64,000 bases of DNA from Octopus bimaculoides (lineage: Eukaryota). The notes under the pieces were generated by a model. It was not told where the DNA came from. It made no database searches and was given only the letters and a program-made list of their open reading frames with translations. Made by a program: the position numbers and the translations under genes. The stretch lies in contig NC_068995.1 of the NCBI RefSeq assembly GCF_001194135.2, positions 53,371,478 to 53,435,477 on the forward strand, given 5' to 3'. Below, piece by piece: positions 26,041 through 40,700 of the stretch (positions within the stretch are counted from its first letter, which is position 1; the number at the start of each line of letters is the position of its first letter).

Positions 26041-26752
26041 CAACTGCCAACACAACCACTATCTTCATTGCTAACAATACAGTTTAATCACCACCACCAA
26101 TCACCACCATGACCACCACCACGAGCACCTCCCACCACTCCTCTGCTTTACTTACTGACTCCCTCCCAATACACTTAACACTACCACCAGAACTATTTGT
26201 TAAGAAACATCATCAATAATCTCCAGAAATGGATCAATGCCACAACAACAGCAAAGATAATGGTTTCCTTATCCTCTACTACACTCCTCCTCTTCCTCCT
26301 CCTTGCAACCCTTTTCTCCTCTTGCTACCCTCCCCCTCCTCCCTTTCCTACCACTACTCCCCTTCCTGCCACTCTTTTCCCTCCCTGTTGCCCCTCCCTC
26401 TCTGCACCCTCCCCCTTTCAACCAGCTTTCAATCATGAAATCTTGATTGTAATGACAAATCTTGCAAGATTTATTTTTTTATTTTATTCTGTCTGCTTGC
26501 CTCTATCTGCGTGTGTGCGTATGTGTGTGTGTGTGTGTGTATGTCCCTCTCTGCTGTTGCTTTAATCCTGATTTCTTTTGACTTTCTGCAAGACTAAATT
26601 TATTTATTTAGTCGGGAGGCTGTGTATAGTCAGCTTAATTGACCTTCGTTTATTACTGGTATTTATTTAATGGGGTCAGTTTTTTTTTTATATTTAGAGC
26701 AGTGTGGCAGGATCTTTTTGCAGGGACTTTGAAAATTGGTCAGCAGTTGGAA

Positions 26753-26915
26753 ATACCCTCCAGCCTTCATCGGGTGCCTTGGGGAAATTTTGAATCTGGG
26801 TTCTCATCCCTAAGGTATTTTTTGATGTTATTATTATTCAGGTCACTGCCTGGAATCGAACTTGGAATCTTGAGGTTAGTAGCCAGCGCTCTTAACCACT
26901 ATGCCATATGCCCGT
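26753..26915 (-). mobile_element. SINE family C, full tRNA head, 3'-truncated inside the hammerhead
   Basis: Reverse complement: cccacgggcatatggcatagtggttaagagcgc...caagttcgattccaggc...ggcacccgatgaaggctggagggtat; the GAAA half is absent. Confidence 0.85.
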
Positions 26916-28680
26916 GGGTACAATAATATAACTCATCCCTCAGTGTATCACTGGTACTCAATTTACCACATCCCTTCCCCTTCTCATGGGATGAAAAGCA
27001 AAACAGACACGAGTGAGATTTCTGTTCACCATCTAAAAGGAATGGCATTAAATACTCTCAGGAATCTAATCCGTCTCATAACTGTTCTTGTCACTCATCA
27101 TCCTAAATACCCATGAAGATATCTAGTTTGGTGCTTCGCTAATCCTGTTGACTCACAAACATTTTAGAACATCGATTGCTTTTTTTTGTGTTTATTCTTC
27201 AATTTTTTTGACTCGTCATTTTGGTAGCAGAGAGAGGAAATGACGTGGGAATATTTCTTTAAGCTTTCTCCTGTAAGATAAGTGTTCTAAAGGAAATTTA
27301 TGGTTTCATTTGGGAATTAAAACTGGATTGGCTGATGTGGATTAGAGTAATCTCACTACATTTGCATTTACTCAAGTTGCTTCTAGAAATAACAACCAAA
27401 TCTCCCTCAAATCACACTCTGCTGTCTTTCACACTGCCCCTTGAGAGCAAAGGAGATGATGGTCATATCTGGAATAGCTTGCTGTTAGTTTTGGCTTGTT
27501 CAAACTGACCTTGGGTTGAACAGCAACGGTGTTAGTTTGCTTGTTTTTGCTCCTCTAAACCAGACAAGGGCAGCCCTTTTTGAGAAGCAGCCTGCATGAG
27601 ATGTGACTCATTGTCAGGTGGGTCACACGACTAGGAAAAAAAAAAAAAAATTGCTGCCATTCAGAAAGTTCTCTGAGTCTCAGTTTGCTGTTGACTGCCT
27701 TAAGCTGTCCTACTCTTAACCCTATCTAGTTTCAGGTTGAAAGCTGCGGTCATACTGGGACACCACTGTTTAAAAAAGTAAGAACAAATCCTGAAAGGCA
27801 TTTTAGACTGACGCTTTAATGGTTCTGCCATTTACTTTCTGTGTCTGGTATCCTTCAAATGACACCACAAGTCCTTCAGTGTTCACATAAGCTTTATGTT
27901 TGCTGTGATAAGAGAGTTTCTACATCGTCACTTGACCTGCAGGAAATAACCATTAAGTCTCCTTCAAATTCATATTTCAACAACTTAAAAAAATGATAAA
28001 ATTAGAAAATGTATTCCAGAAGACAGGATGGTCATGGCTAGAACACCTTCAATCATAACTTAGCTTGGTCAACATTGAATTTTTGGTTAAGCAACAACAT
28101 CTTCTGGTCTGATACAGCTTCTCTTTGCTCTTTCTTTCTTTCTTAGGACTTATTTCTGCTCTAAAGTATTTTCCTAGTGAGTACCTCCACCATCCAACAG
28201 CATGGATTGTGTGTATTTTATTGTGTTACTGGCTTTAGGTTTTCTGTGGCAGAACCAAAGAATCCCTTCTAAATTGGGTCAACTCTTATTCTGAGTTACT
28301 ACTCCATTGATCACACATACTCACATGCACACACGCACAAATACATTGTAGTTGCCAGCTCACAGACAAGTGCAGCCTTTCCTGATAAATTCAAGACAGT
28401 GGTTATCAGCAATGCAGTACTGAAAGTGAAAGTAAATGACACTTTAACACATAAATAACTCGCTTAAGTTTGGATTACAAGAAAATCTTTTACAAATTGT
28501 TGTAGGACCCTCAACTGGTACAAATAAATCTAATAGAATGTTCTATAAACTTGCATAACACTGATGGGGTTCTCACCTCCAAAGCCAAGAAGTTCAGAAA
28601 CAAATAAGAACCAGATCTTTGGTTTTGCAATGCGGTACAGGTTATTTTGGCTTTCCTTTCTCTGAGAGAGATGTCTAAAG

Positions 28681-28869
28681 CAGGGGTCGCCAAACTTTTT
28701 CGACCATCGACCCCCTTTAGCCACTTCTCCTTCCACATTGACCACCCTCTTTATTTAAAATGGTACTGACTAGGTATTTCAAGCAGTCCATCTGGGTAAG
28801 CTGGTCTTTCGCACACCGACTCCCATTCGACCCCTTGTAATTTCTCTCCAGCCCCTAAGGGAACCCCTG
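28681..28869. mobile_element. hAT-type MITE
   Basis: TIRs caggggtc / aacccctg; 8-bp TSD gtctaaag / gtctaaac. Confidence 0.82.
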
Positions 28870-29552
28870 GTCTAAACGAAGACTAGGTCTCTCCCACTCT
28901 CAGCTGTTGGATGGTCATTGACCCTACTGAATTCATATGTCCTTTGAGAGGTTTTACTTTCTGTCCTGTAGGCTGTCCAATGAAAATCTGCCTCCTTATT
29001 TTGCTAAGGCTTGGTTGGGTTGCCAGGTTAGTTTCCAATGGCTTTACTATGCAACAGTCTGTATTGGGTTACATGTTATCAGTAGCACTAAGAGTGACCT
29101 GACAACACACACATACACATACATACATACCTACACACATGCATACACATACACATTCATACACACACATATATATACTCACACACACATACATACATAG
29201 CGTCGCCGTTTAGTCTATTCAAAATAGTAACCAAATCTCCTTAAATTATTACTAATTATTTGATTATTTGTTGCTGTATGGTGGCCTCATTATTGACTTG
29301 TAACTTTACTGTTGGGTGTGGTTTTATTGCTATCCTTATTTAACCCCAGGCCAGCCCTAATCCTGCAGAGCTATGGTAACAACAGTCGAGTTATGAACAT
29401 CCTGTCTTCCTAAAGATGTCCTTTCTTTCTTAATATGATAGAGCTTCATTTGAAGGAGATTTGGTTGCTATTTCTTGCCAGTTGAGCAATCATATAAAGG
29501 CTCCCCTTGGCAGTTGTTGTTGATGTTGAATTTGTTGATTTGTAACTGTTGT

Positions 29553-29795
29553 TGAGTGTGGCATAGTGGTTAAGGGTGTTGGATTCATGATCGTAAGATT
29601 GTGGTTTCAGTTCCTGGACTGGGTATCACATTCTGTTCTTGAGCAAAACCCTTCATTTTATGTTGCTCCAGTCCACTCAGCTGGCAAAAAAGAGTAATCC
29701 TGCGATGGACTAGCTTCCCGTCCAGGTGGGGACTATATCTGCCATTGAAATTGGGAAACTGGCCCTTATGAGCCTGGCATCGTTCAAGAAGAAAA
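29553..29795 (+). mobile_element. tRNA-derived SINE family E (related copies about 44270-44500 and 63455-63700)
   Basis: gtggcatagtggttaag head, ttcttgagcaa, gctccagtccactcagct, cctgcgatggact.g..tcccgtccagg (V-SINE-like from recall). Confidence 0.7.
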
Positions 29796-29914
29796 CATTA
29801 ATTTCACCATTATCTGTTGTTGATGCTGATGTTGTAGCTGTTGTCAGTGTGTTTGTTCAGTTCTGTATTTAAGAGATGAAGAATTATCTACATTATTTAC
29901 ATTTGATGGATATA

Positions 29915-29992
29915 TGTCCACTGGCATACGGTGTAGTGGTTAAAAGCGCGAGCTACTAACCCCAAGATTCCGAGTTCGATTCCAGGCAGTAA

Positions 29993-30030
<38 letters not shown>

Positions 30031-30168
30031 TCGAAAGATACCTTAGGAATGAGAACCCAGGTTCGAAATTTCCCCAAGACACCTGATGAAGGCTGGAGAG
30101 TTTATCAGCCGAAATGTGTTAACAACAAACAAGATGAGGACAAATATCCATCAAATGTAAATAATGTA
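29915..30168 (+). mobile_element. SINE family C, full length, hammerhead cleavage site deleted
   Basis: A-box tagtggttaa 29934, B-box gagttcgattcc 29972, (AAT)n, CTGATGA...GAAA at 30083-30114 followed by tgtgtt instead of cgttgtgtt. Confidence 0.9.
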
Positions 30169-30265
30169 GTGTGTTTGTTGTTGTTGATGTTTTCACTTTA
30201 TAGACAGACAGATTGTAATATCGATATTCTTTCGCTTATGTTTCAGTGGTAGCCACGCTGAAAAG

Positions 30266-30497
30266 ATGTCCAGCGAAGTGAATAACTCCGATACCCCCTG
30301 CGCCGGCCTAGACGAATGGCCTGGTCAGATGATACATCAGGCAGCCATCTACAACAACAGTGAGTTGATGCAGTGTCTACTGGAAGGAGACGAGTTGGCA
30401 AATGTTAACCAATTAGATAGCAGTGGTCGGACAGCTGTCTATACTGCAGTGACAAATAACAGTGTTGATTGTCTCAAATGGCTCATACATTATGGAG
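30266..30497 (+). CDS. LRRK1: LRRK exon 1 (start ATG, ankyrin repeats)
   Basis: tttcag acceptor at 30245-46 (5'UTR from 30247), ATG 30266, MSSEV...GRTAVYTAVTNNSVDCLKWLIHYG, donor gtaaat, phase 1. Confidence 0.85.
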
Positions 30498-30734
30498 GTA
30501 AATAATGTCCAGCAACTTTGCTGCTTAGCTTTCCATTTTTTTTTTATATTTATTACTTTTGTGTTTTGGTTTCCATGTTTTCCTTTTCTCAATTTTCTTG
30601 CTACAGTCTGTGTGACCTGACAACTTAACTCATTAGATAATTAATTCTCTCATTATTGAAATTTAGTTTTGCCTCTCTTTCAAGTTCTCCCCATTGAATA
30701 GATATAGATCATAGTAAGCATATACATACATATC

Positions 30735-30789
<55 letters not shown>

Positions 30790-30853
30790 CTATATATATA
30801 TGTATTGTATATATCATCATCATCATCGGTTAACGTCTGCCTTCCATGCTCGC

Positions 30854-30885
<32 letters not shown>

Positions 30886-31584
30886 ATATATGTATATATA
30901 TATATATATACATGTATATATGTCTGTATATGTGCACATATGAACGCACGTGTGTGTATTTATTGAAATGATGGCATTTACAAGACTAGTCATGGTTGTT
31001 TGAAGTTTTGCACTCATCTGATAATTTTGAAATTTGAAAGAAGTATGACCATGTTGGTACTATCATTTGAATAAACACACATACACACACATATGTATGT
31101 ATGTATGTATGTATGTATATATATATAGGAAAATGAAGAATAAGGCAGAATGCTAAACCGGAAGCATATTTCAATAAAGATTTCTCACTGGCTTTCATTG
31201 CGAAGCAAATTTTCAAGAAGGAGAATGGAAATGTTTTTTACAAAGAAGTTCAAAATGAAGAAAATAATATATAAAAAAAATAATATATAAAAAAATAACT
31301 ATACCAATAGATTATATTGTCTTTGAGCTTTTGAAGTTCAATGGTAATCCATGTAGATAATAGTTGGAAAAATAAGGATGCATGAGAGTTGAGAGTTGTG
31401 TTAGGTTTAACAGAAGGGTTAAAAGTTTGTGTTAAGCAGGAAGTGTGGTGTCAAAACAGGAAGTGTGTGTAAGGGGAGACAAATGTTTTTAGTTGGAGTT
31501 ATGAACTCTTTTTCAACAGGAACTTCAACTAAAAACATTTGTCTCCCAGCATGGCCGCAGTCAAATGACTGAAACAAATAAATG

Positions 31585-31648
<64 letters not shown>

Positions 31649-32450
31649 TATATATAGATATATTTGTTTGTTTGTCTCTCCACCATTGCTTGACAACCGA
31701 TGTTGGTGTATTTATGTCCCTGTAACTTAGCGGTTTGGCAACAGAGACCGATGCAATAAGTACTAGGCTTACAAAGAGTAAGTCCAGGGATCGGTTTCTT
31801 TGATTAAAATGTTGTGCTCCAGCGTGGCCACAGTCAAAATGACTGGCACAAGGAAAAAAATAAAAGAATCCCACACAATTTTTTTTGTTTTGTTTAGTAT
31901 TATTTAAAAAAGGGCTCTTGTGCAGGTCTTGTTTTTTTGAGTTGGTAGACCATTAATGGTGTGCAGTTAAGAAGCTGGTTTATTGATTGGTTTTTGCGTT
32001 TCAGAAAGAGAATGAAGTTTATATTTAGCAGATTCTGATAGACAGTCCAAAGTGTAATGGCGGAAGAGAGACACGGAGTGGATATTATAATATTTCTTTG
32101 CGTGCTCACAGACCATCGAAAGCTAAAGCAAACATTGAGATGGTGTGATGGAAAGAATCCTACTTTACTGACTGATCTTAAGTCTTGCAGAGAGAAGGCT
32201 GCACATTTATTTCTGTGTGCATATGTGTGTGTGTGTGTATGTGTGTATAAATGTATATATATGAATACACACAAATGCATGTGTCAGTATTTATATATTT
32301 ATTTAAGCACACACATACACATGCACACATGTATATATATTGATATACACACACTCACACGCAAATATATAATAACTTATGTGTGTGTGTATATATACAT
32401 ACACATACATACATACACATACGTACGTGTATACTTGCTTGTATGTGTGT

Positions 32451-32498
<48 letters not shown>

Positions 32499-32700
32499 TA
32501 TCATGTCTACTGAATAAATGTCACATATTTTTGCAGATATATATATATTTATATATATACATACATACATACATATATGTATCCATATGTATGTACATAT
32601 TTGCATGTGTATGTGTGTGTGTGTGTATATATATATAAGCCTGCATATTTTTACACACATGCATATACATACATATTACATATCTATCTATCTATCTATC

Positions 32701-32736
<36 letters not shown>

Positions 32737-34698
32737 TAATTGCACACATGTGTATTCAATATGTATTCAGCAGTTTTTGGCAGGGCCCATTAAATCAAAA
32801 TAATGGTGGTAGAGTGGAGAAACAGTGAGGAAGAAGATTGGATGTCATAAGCATTTTTTTTGCTTCCTACTCATAAACCATTGAAAATTAGAGACAACAT
32901 TGATGATGCGATGAAGATAAACTTGTTATTGGTTGATTTTATGTTTGGTTGGAGAGGAGAACATTAATTTATATCTACATATAGAACAGCCTAGGAAACA
33001 GAGGCCATCTGTCATGGAGATGGCAGAAGTGGAGTGGATGTTTATGTAAAGTGAGATGGACTGACCTGTTAAGAGTTAAATGTTTTGGCTATGATTTTGT
33101 TCAACACTTAATGATGGAGATGCAAGCAGCTGACTCCGAGTTAACTTTGTGTTGTGTCCATTCATCATCAACATTGTTTTAACATCCACTTTTTCATGCT
33201 GGTATGGGTCAGATGGAATTTACTGAGGTGGATTTTCTATGGCTGGATGCCCCCTTTTTGTCACTAATCTTTATCTGTTTCTAGGGCCATTGCTAAGCCC
33301 CTGCAAACCCTGTGGTCACAAGGGGCCCTCACGGTTGAAGGGCCCCATGTTAAGATCAGAGTATGTAGATGAGTCCTCTATTTACATTGGTTAAGATGTC
33401 GAACAAGAATTAAACTATGTTAACTGAAAAATTCATGAAATAAAATGGTAATACATTGTACCTGCAAAAATTCTTGCCAAAATATTACATTGTACCACAA
33501 ACGTGAACCAGACTTTGTGGATTATTTATGATATCAATTGAACACGAGCTTAGCTTTCAGCATAATTATTCTGATTGATGATTTCATAAAGAGAAACGTG
33601 TGCCATGTTTGTCTTTGAAAGTTGCCTGGATTATAAAAAGTGCACTTTTATCCATATTTGGAAGTTTTACTTTTTGAAATTTGTAGTACATACTTCCAAA
33701 TGTACATACTTCTAAAAGTACATACTTCCAAATGTATGTCTAGTCTCTTACAACCCTCCACCACAACTTTGTATCAATTACAATCTGTGTACATGAATTA
33801 ATTACTAAAATTTTTAATGTAAAGTGATATTAGAAATTATTAAAAAAACAGTATTAGTCTGAAGAGAGAAACAGACCAAAGTGATGGAGGAGGTAAGCTG
33901 TGTATGTGTTCAGGATTTTATACATAATGACAGCGATTTTATACATAATGTACATACATATGTATACATACATGAATGTATATGTGTATGAGAGAGAAAG
34001 AAAGAGAAAAAATGATTTAATATTTTATATAATTAATTACAAAAGCTTTAATTATTTTCAGCTAATCTGAACCTTCCGGGAGGCCCCAAATGTCACAACA
34101 ATGTAAGTCTGTTTATATTTGTTGATTTTTGTTGTAGTTTAAAAGCTGCCAGTAGAAAGTGCCATCCAAAATAATTGTTGTTTTTTTCCCTACTTATCAT
34201 TCTTCTGTTGCTGTTCACTGCTCGAGTAGAGACCTCTCTACTTTATGTTGTTTGCTGTTTGTTCATGCTCTGGCAAGACTAAAAAGAGTACTGTCTTCCC
34301 TGCATTGTCTCTAAGAGTGTGACAGAAGGAAGAAGTATTTGAGAGAGAAAGAGGGAGAGATAGATAGATAGAGATTGAAAAAGAGTAATTGACAGCTACA
34401 TGATGGTTGTTGGTGAGGAGACTGAATGAAATCTTTATAACTGAGAGGAGTGACGGAAAAGAGAGGATAACAGAAGAGGAAGTATTAGAAGAGATCCAGC
34501 ATGATAAAAGTGAAAAGGAAGGTGTAATAGGAAACAAATAGAGAGAGGGAGACAACTACCATGATGTTTTTGGTAAGGAAATTTTGACTGAAATAGTATG
34601 ATCAATGTAATGGGGCAAGCGAGAGTGACAGATTGGAGGCAGGGTGGTGGAATAAAAAATAAGGAACATGTGAAAGGAAAAGAGGTAGATGTCTGCTC

Positions 34699-34734
<36 letters not shown>

Positions 34735-37700
34735 AGGGAGAGAAAAAATGAGAGTGATGCTGAATAAAAGGGAAGACATAATGAGAGAGGGAGAGATTAA
34801 TGAAGAGGGAGAGTAAGAGGTGCATTAAATAAGGACAGATCCAGTACTTTGCCAGTCTGTGTTGTGGTATGATGGAATAGAGACAGAGTGACAGGAGTGA
34901 AGAACAGTGATTAGAGAGTAACAGAGATGGTTGGTGGTAGCAGACTTACAAATTCACAATTAGTCTTTAATTATTATAATCCTAATTAACGAAACAATAG
35001 TATTGATTCTTTAATTGTCATAATCCTAATTAATGAAACACTAGTATTGACGTAAACTTATAATTAAGTTTAAATTCGGTAGGTAACTTTTTTGTGTTTT
35101 TTGTTTGAAAAAACTGTGATGTTGAAAAACATATAATTTTACAATAATGAACTTTTTTGTATAAAAAATAAAATTCCTCACAGAACAAATATACATTTTA
35201 GTAATTTAGAAGAAAAAAATTAATGAAGCAGAAAAAGATAAAAACACAAGTTTTAATGCAAATTATTGTAATTGTAGATTTGTCCAAATTAGACAAATAA
35301 AAACAGATAATGATAATGTTCATAATCTAGGCTATCTTTCAGAACATTCCTGAAATGCTTTATTTATTCCTATGCTTATAATGATAAGTAATTAATTCAG
35401 ATTATCAGCAGAAATATTGAAAAAACAAAAAAACAAAAAGTGTCACATTCCTGTTTTGAGATGAGGGGTGGTTTTTCGGTATCTTTGGTACTATATATTG
35501 TAGGAGGAATCTTATAAAAGAGGTTTAATACCTAATATCATACCAGACATTCCTTATGCTTCACCAAAATCCATCGTTTTTCTCAAATGTTCTGTTCTAC
35601 CTAAGCATGTATTTTATGTCTTTGATGATATAAAAGACACACGGAGATATTAGATGCACCTCAAATTCAACAGAACATATTGAGAAAACAAAAAAAAAAA
35701 AGAAATTCTAATTGCATTAAAGCTTATGAGAGACCCAGCTTTGTAGATAGGACTGAAGCAAGTAAGAGATAAAAAATTGCCAGTGCTGCCGGACTGGTTC
35801 CCGTGCAGGTAACTCGTGAAAAACACCTTCTGCGCGTGGTCATTGCCAGTACTGCCTGACTGGCCCTCGTGCAGGTGGCATGTAAAAAGCAGCTACTACA
35901 CTCTCGGAGTGGTTGGCGTTAGGAAGGGCATTCAGCTGTAGGAACCTTGCCAGATCAGATTGGAGCCTCAGTCAAGCCATCCAACCCATGCCAGCATGGA
36001 AAGCGGATGTTAAACAATGATGATGATGATGATTGTATATTATTCTACTCCAAACAATTTATGATATCAAATATTTCAGTTGGGTTCATACAGATTTAAA
36101 AACACTCTGGCTATTTGGGAATTGTTCCAAATTTGTAGACATGAAGGTGGTGTCTAATAGCTAAATGAATAAATAATGGTATTCTTAAAATAGATGAGAG
36201 ATGAGTTAGGTTCTTTGTAACAAAAGAAATAACTGGGTCAAAGTCTGGTTAGAAAACTGGAAAGCGAGGGAATTTGTAGATTGTGGTAAATAGGTGCTGG
36301 CACGGCTGTGTGGTTTTGTGTTTAGTCCCATTGTGTGGCACCTTCGGCAAGTGTCTTCTGCTATAGCCCCAGGCTGATCAAAAGCTTTGTGAGTGGATTT
36401 GTAAACAGAAACTGGAAGAAGCCTGTGTGTATGTGTTTCTTTGTTTTGGTTTCAAGTGATATCCTTCATTTCCTGTCTTCTGTGGAAACCTGTAAGGCCA
36501 TGGGGGAAATATTACCTTACTTGCAAAATTACTTTGCTTGCAAACAAGATAAGGCAGCTAGAGTGGCATCTGGCCATAGAAGATCTGTCTCACTGAACCT
36601 TGTTTAACCCATGCAAGCATGGAAAAGTGGTTGTAATGTATGGGTGAGAAATTGCATCTGGTCAGTTTTAACATAAAGCAGGTAGAATATTTGGGCAGGA
36701 TTTGGCTGGATTAAATGCTAAAGGGTTAAACATGTATTTCTTTTGTTGCAGACACCGCTCCATGTTGCTGTGGAGAAAGGCTTCAAGGACATTGTTGTCA
36801 CCCTTCTTGATGCTGGCGCTGACCTCAATGCCTTAAATGTATTCAACTTGACCCCAGTGAAAATTGCTGAACTGCGAGGGGATGTGGAGATCTACAGCTG
36901 TTTATTAAGAGAGAAAGGTAAATCCCTTGTGGTTATTTAATTAATGCAATTACCTTTTAACCCATTGCTACTGTTGTGACTCTGTCATCAATATGCTGCT
37001 GCCATTGTTGTGACTCCACAATAGTTGTGACTCTTCCAGAATTAAGACTCTACAGTTGTTGTTACAACAACATTATGATTGTGCAACCATTGTAGATCTG
37101 CAGTTGTTGTGACTCTGTATTTGATGTGACTCTTCCATTATGACTACAATTCTTCCATTATTCAGGTATCAAAATGCTTGTGCTGTTGTCTTTCTAAATA
37201 CCTCAGGTCACTGAGCTCTGAGAAAACTAGGTACCAGATTTTCTGGATCAATCAATAAATGATTAGTTCACAGTGCTAAAGTGCTAATCATTTATTGATA
37301 CGTAGCTTTGGGCCATGGAAAGCCAGGTTATTATCTGCACAATGATTTTTTGCACAAGTTCCTGTCATAAATCAATATTTGTTTATAGATGTGTGTGTGT
37401 ACATTTTCTTCATTATTAATCATAACTCACCTTTCTTCTCTTTTTTTTTTCTTTCTTTTAGCGAAAAGAACTGCAAAATGGGTTAAAATAGCTGATGGTG
37501 AGTTGGTTTTTGAGTTTCTTGTTTTTATTTCTCTCTTTGCATCAGTAAACAGAACGTTCACATGTTTAAATGTTGCTGTGGCCATCATCTGGAATATTTA
37601 ATGTAAGTTTACCTATAATTCTTAAATTACATATTTACCTGTTGAATGCAAACGTGAAACATATTTTTTTGTTTTTTTATACCTATTCACGGCCTGCTCT

Positions 37701-40700
37701 TGGATCATCATCATCGCCGCCAGTAGCAGCAGTAGCAACAGCACCATCAAATTTGGCAGTGGAGAACAAACACACACACACACACACACACACATACACA
37801 CACACACACACACATGATGGGCTTCCACTCAGTTTCTATCTATCAGATTCACTCACAAGACACTACTCTGCCTGCTGCTATAGTAGATGTTTGCTCAAGA
37901 TGCCACGCAGTGGGACTGAACCAGAAACCTTGTGGTTGCCGAGTAAGCTACTTACCCATGCAGTCATGCATGTACCTATATTGATCTATTCAATCATTTT
38001 TACCACTTTAAATTAGAACAAACACATGAGACCTCCTCTGACTTGCTAGAAATAGCAACCAAATTTCTTTCACATCACAGCCTCCTCACTTATAAACGAG
38101 AAGGACACTTTGGATACTGTAGTCCTAGGTACATTCTGTGCAAAAACAGAGACAAAATGGTTATGGCCGAAAGGCTTTTGATCATGTGTTGGTTCAGTCA
38201 GGTTTCACCTGGGGTTAGGTTAAACAATAACAACATTAACAACAACATGCTTTACCTGGTGAGAAAAAGAAGAGGAAATAGATAAAATTATGAATTCATG
38301 TATTTATGTTTTAAGGATGGGTTAAAAACTTCCAAACTTGGAATCTTATTTCCACAAAATTCTTGAATACTTTTTATAATTCTTTTTTACAGAGTTTTTA
38401 TTAGCTTGTGAACAAGGAGATATGATGAGAGCTTTGGAGTTACGGGAGAAAATCGGTGATCGGGCAGAATCTATCATTAGCGCTATGAAATACAACAAGA
38501 CTCTTTTGTGGTAAGTATTGCATTGTTAGTATGCACTATAGAATATAGAACAGTAATAAGGCCCCAATGAACCTCATTGGAATCCTGAATTAATTTTCTA
38601 TTTAAATTACCTGTCACTTTGATTTGTTCCTTGCATCTGTGATTTCTGGTCTGATGTTGATATTAAAATACAGAGTGTGGGAGGTATTTGAGAATATATT
38701 TGGTAATATATATATGTAATATTTTTTTCTTTTCCAGTGTATGTAGATCAGGAGAGAAAGATCTGGTTCGCCTTTTGCTCACAATTAATCTGGAAGTGGA
38801 TAGTATCAGCTTTGGTGATAAATCTCCATTACATGTGTCCTGTGAAGAAGGTCATTTGGAAGTGACCTTGTTGTTGCTTGAGGTAAGATAAACCATTGAT
38901 TATTTATATAAATTGCTCTTTGTGGTCAAACGCTCAGGAACAAGGGGTGCAGGGGTAGCAAGTGAACCCCTTAACTGACTTGAAACATTACTTTTCCATT
39001 ATGGGGTTATCGTATTTGATTATCTTTTATCTTTTACCTCTTTCAGTCATTTGACTGCGGCCATGCTGGGGCACTGCCTTGCAGGGTTTTAGTTGAACAA
39101 TTTGCTCCCAGGACTGATTTACTTTTTAAGCCTAGTATAGTATTTATTCTGTCAATCTCTTTTGCCAAACTGCTATGTTACGTGGATGTAAACACACCAA
39201 CACTGATTGTCAAGCAGTGGCGGGGGACAAACACGCACACACACACGCACACACACTCACACTGGCTTGCCGGACCTCAGTCAAACCATCCAACCCATGC
39301 CAACATAGAAAGCAGACGTTGAACGATGATGGTGATGATGATGATGATGATGATTGAAGCTTATAATGCCTGACATAATTTTACATTGAAAATCTTGACA
39401 GTTAACTAATTTCTGTATCATTGTTTTCTCTCCTTCCAGAAATATCCAGAAAATGCAGCGTTGCGTTGCCCCAACGGAAGACTTGCTATACATTATGCTG
39501 CCATGAATGGTAAACTAGATATTGTTTCCTTATTACTGGAGTTTCCATACCCTGATCAAGCACTGATGCAAATTAATCACACGACTGATGGCATTCAACA
39601 TTTCCATCACGCCTTCGATCCTGATACTTTGGACTTTGATTCCAAGTCAGCCTTGTACCACGCCTGTGAAAATGGACACTACAGTGTTGTCAAGTACATG
39701 CTTCACAAAGAAATGCCTGCGTGTAAGACATGTGTAAAATGCATTCCGGAAAAGGTAGAGATAATCTTTTGATATTGTGTTGTTGCTTCTGTTGCAAGCT
39801 ATGTGCTGTCTATGTTAGTGTGTATCTATTTTTGACCTTGTACCAGAACAAACATTTTGCCTAGCATGCTAATGATTCTGCCTGCTCGCCACTTTATTGA
39901 TGATGATGATGATATGTTATACAGTCTTTAACCTTTTTGATGCCGACCTGGCTGAGACCTTCCTTGTTTTAAAGTCAGGGTCGGGTCAGGTGCAGAGGTA
40001 TGTACAACTGCAGCTCATTGCTGCACTCATCATTTGTCGGTCTATTCCTGGGTTCTCTTGGTTGACCTGTTGAGCAGGGTCCCAGTCATACAATAACAGC
40101 CATACTAACAATCCAACATACCTCCATCATCAGCTGCCCCATGGATATCATTATGGTTTCGACACCTGGGCAGCATGGAAAACAGATGCTATATGATGAT
40201 GATGATGATGATGTGTGTGTGTGTATAAAATATATTAAAAACAGTTTCTTAACATCTAACAAGATTCTTTTCTTTCTGTTTTTCTCTCTCTCTTTTTCCA
40301 GACTTCTGACAGTATGACCCAAAGTCAAATGTTTCCCACAGTTCACTTATGTAAACCATTCACTGTAAATGGACTGAGTCCTCTGCAAATAGCTGTTCTT
40401 CATAATTTCCAGGAAATTGCAAGTATACTGCTAGAGACTGGGGTTAACACAGGAGTTAGGGCTGACCCTAATGAACTCACATTCGTCTTGAAAACAGCTT
40501 CTGATTACAGTTACATTTCTTTGGTTGACCTCCTTTTACAACATGGTGCCAAAGACGATCGCAATCATATTCTCATGGCTGCTGAAATATCTCAGGATAT
40601 CGAGATGCTTGGGGTGATTCTAAAATATAAAACTGTACCGGATACTCACTGTCATATTGACCGTAATCAAGTGAAGCTGAAAGCTTCTGAGCTGTCTTTT

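Noticed and set aside
25477-26087. His/Ile/Tyr-rich ORFs, and similar poly-L, poly-N, VCVC and ERER ORFs elsewhere
   Set aside because: Translations of microsatellites or of the (AAT)n tract in SINE family C.
29954-29960. Perfect TACTAAC branch point upstream of LRRK exon 1
   Set aside because: It is the anticodon-loop region of the SINE tRNA head, is present in other copies, and lies about 290 nt from the acceptor.
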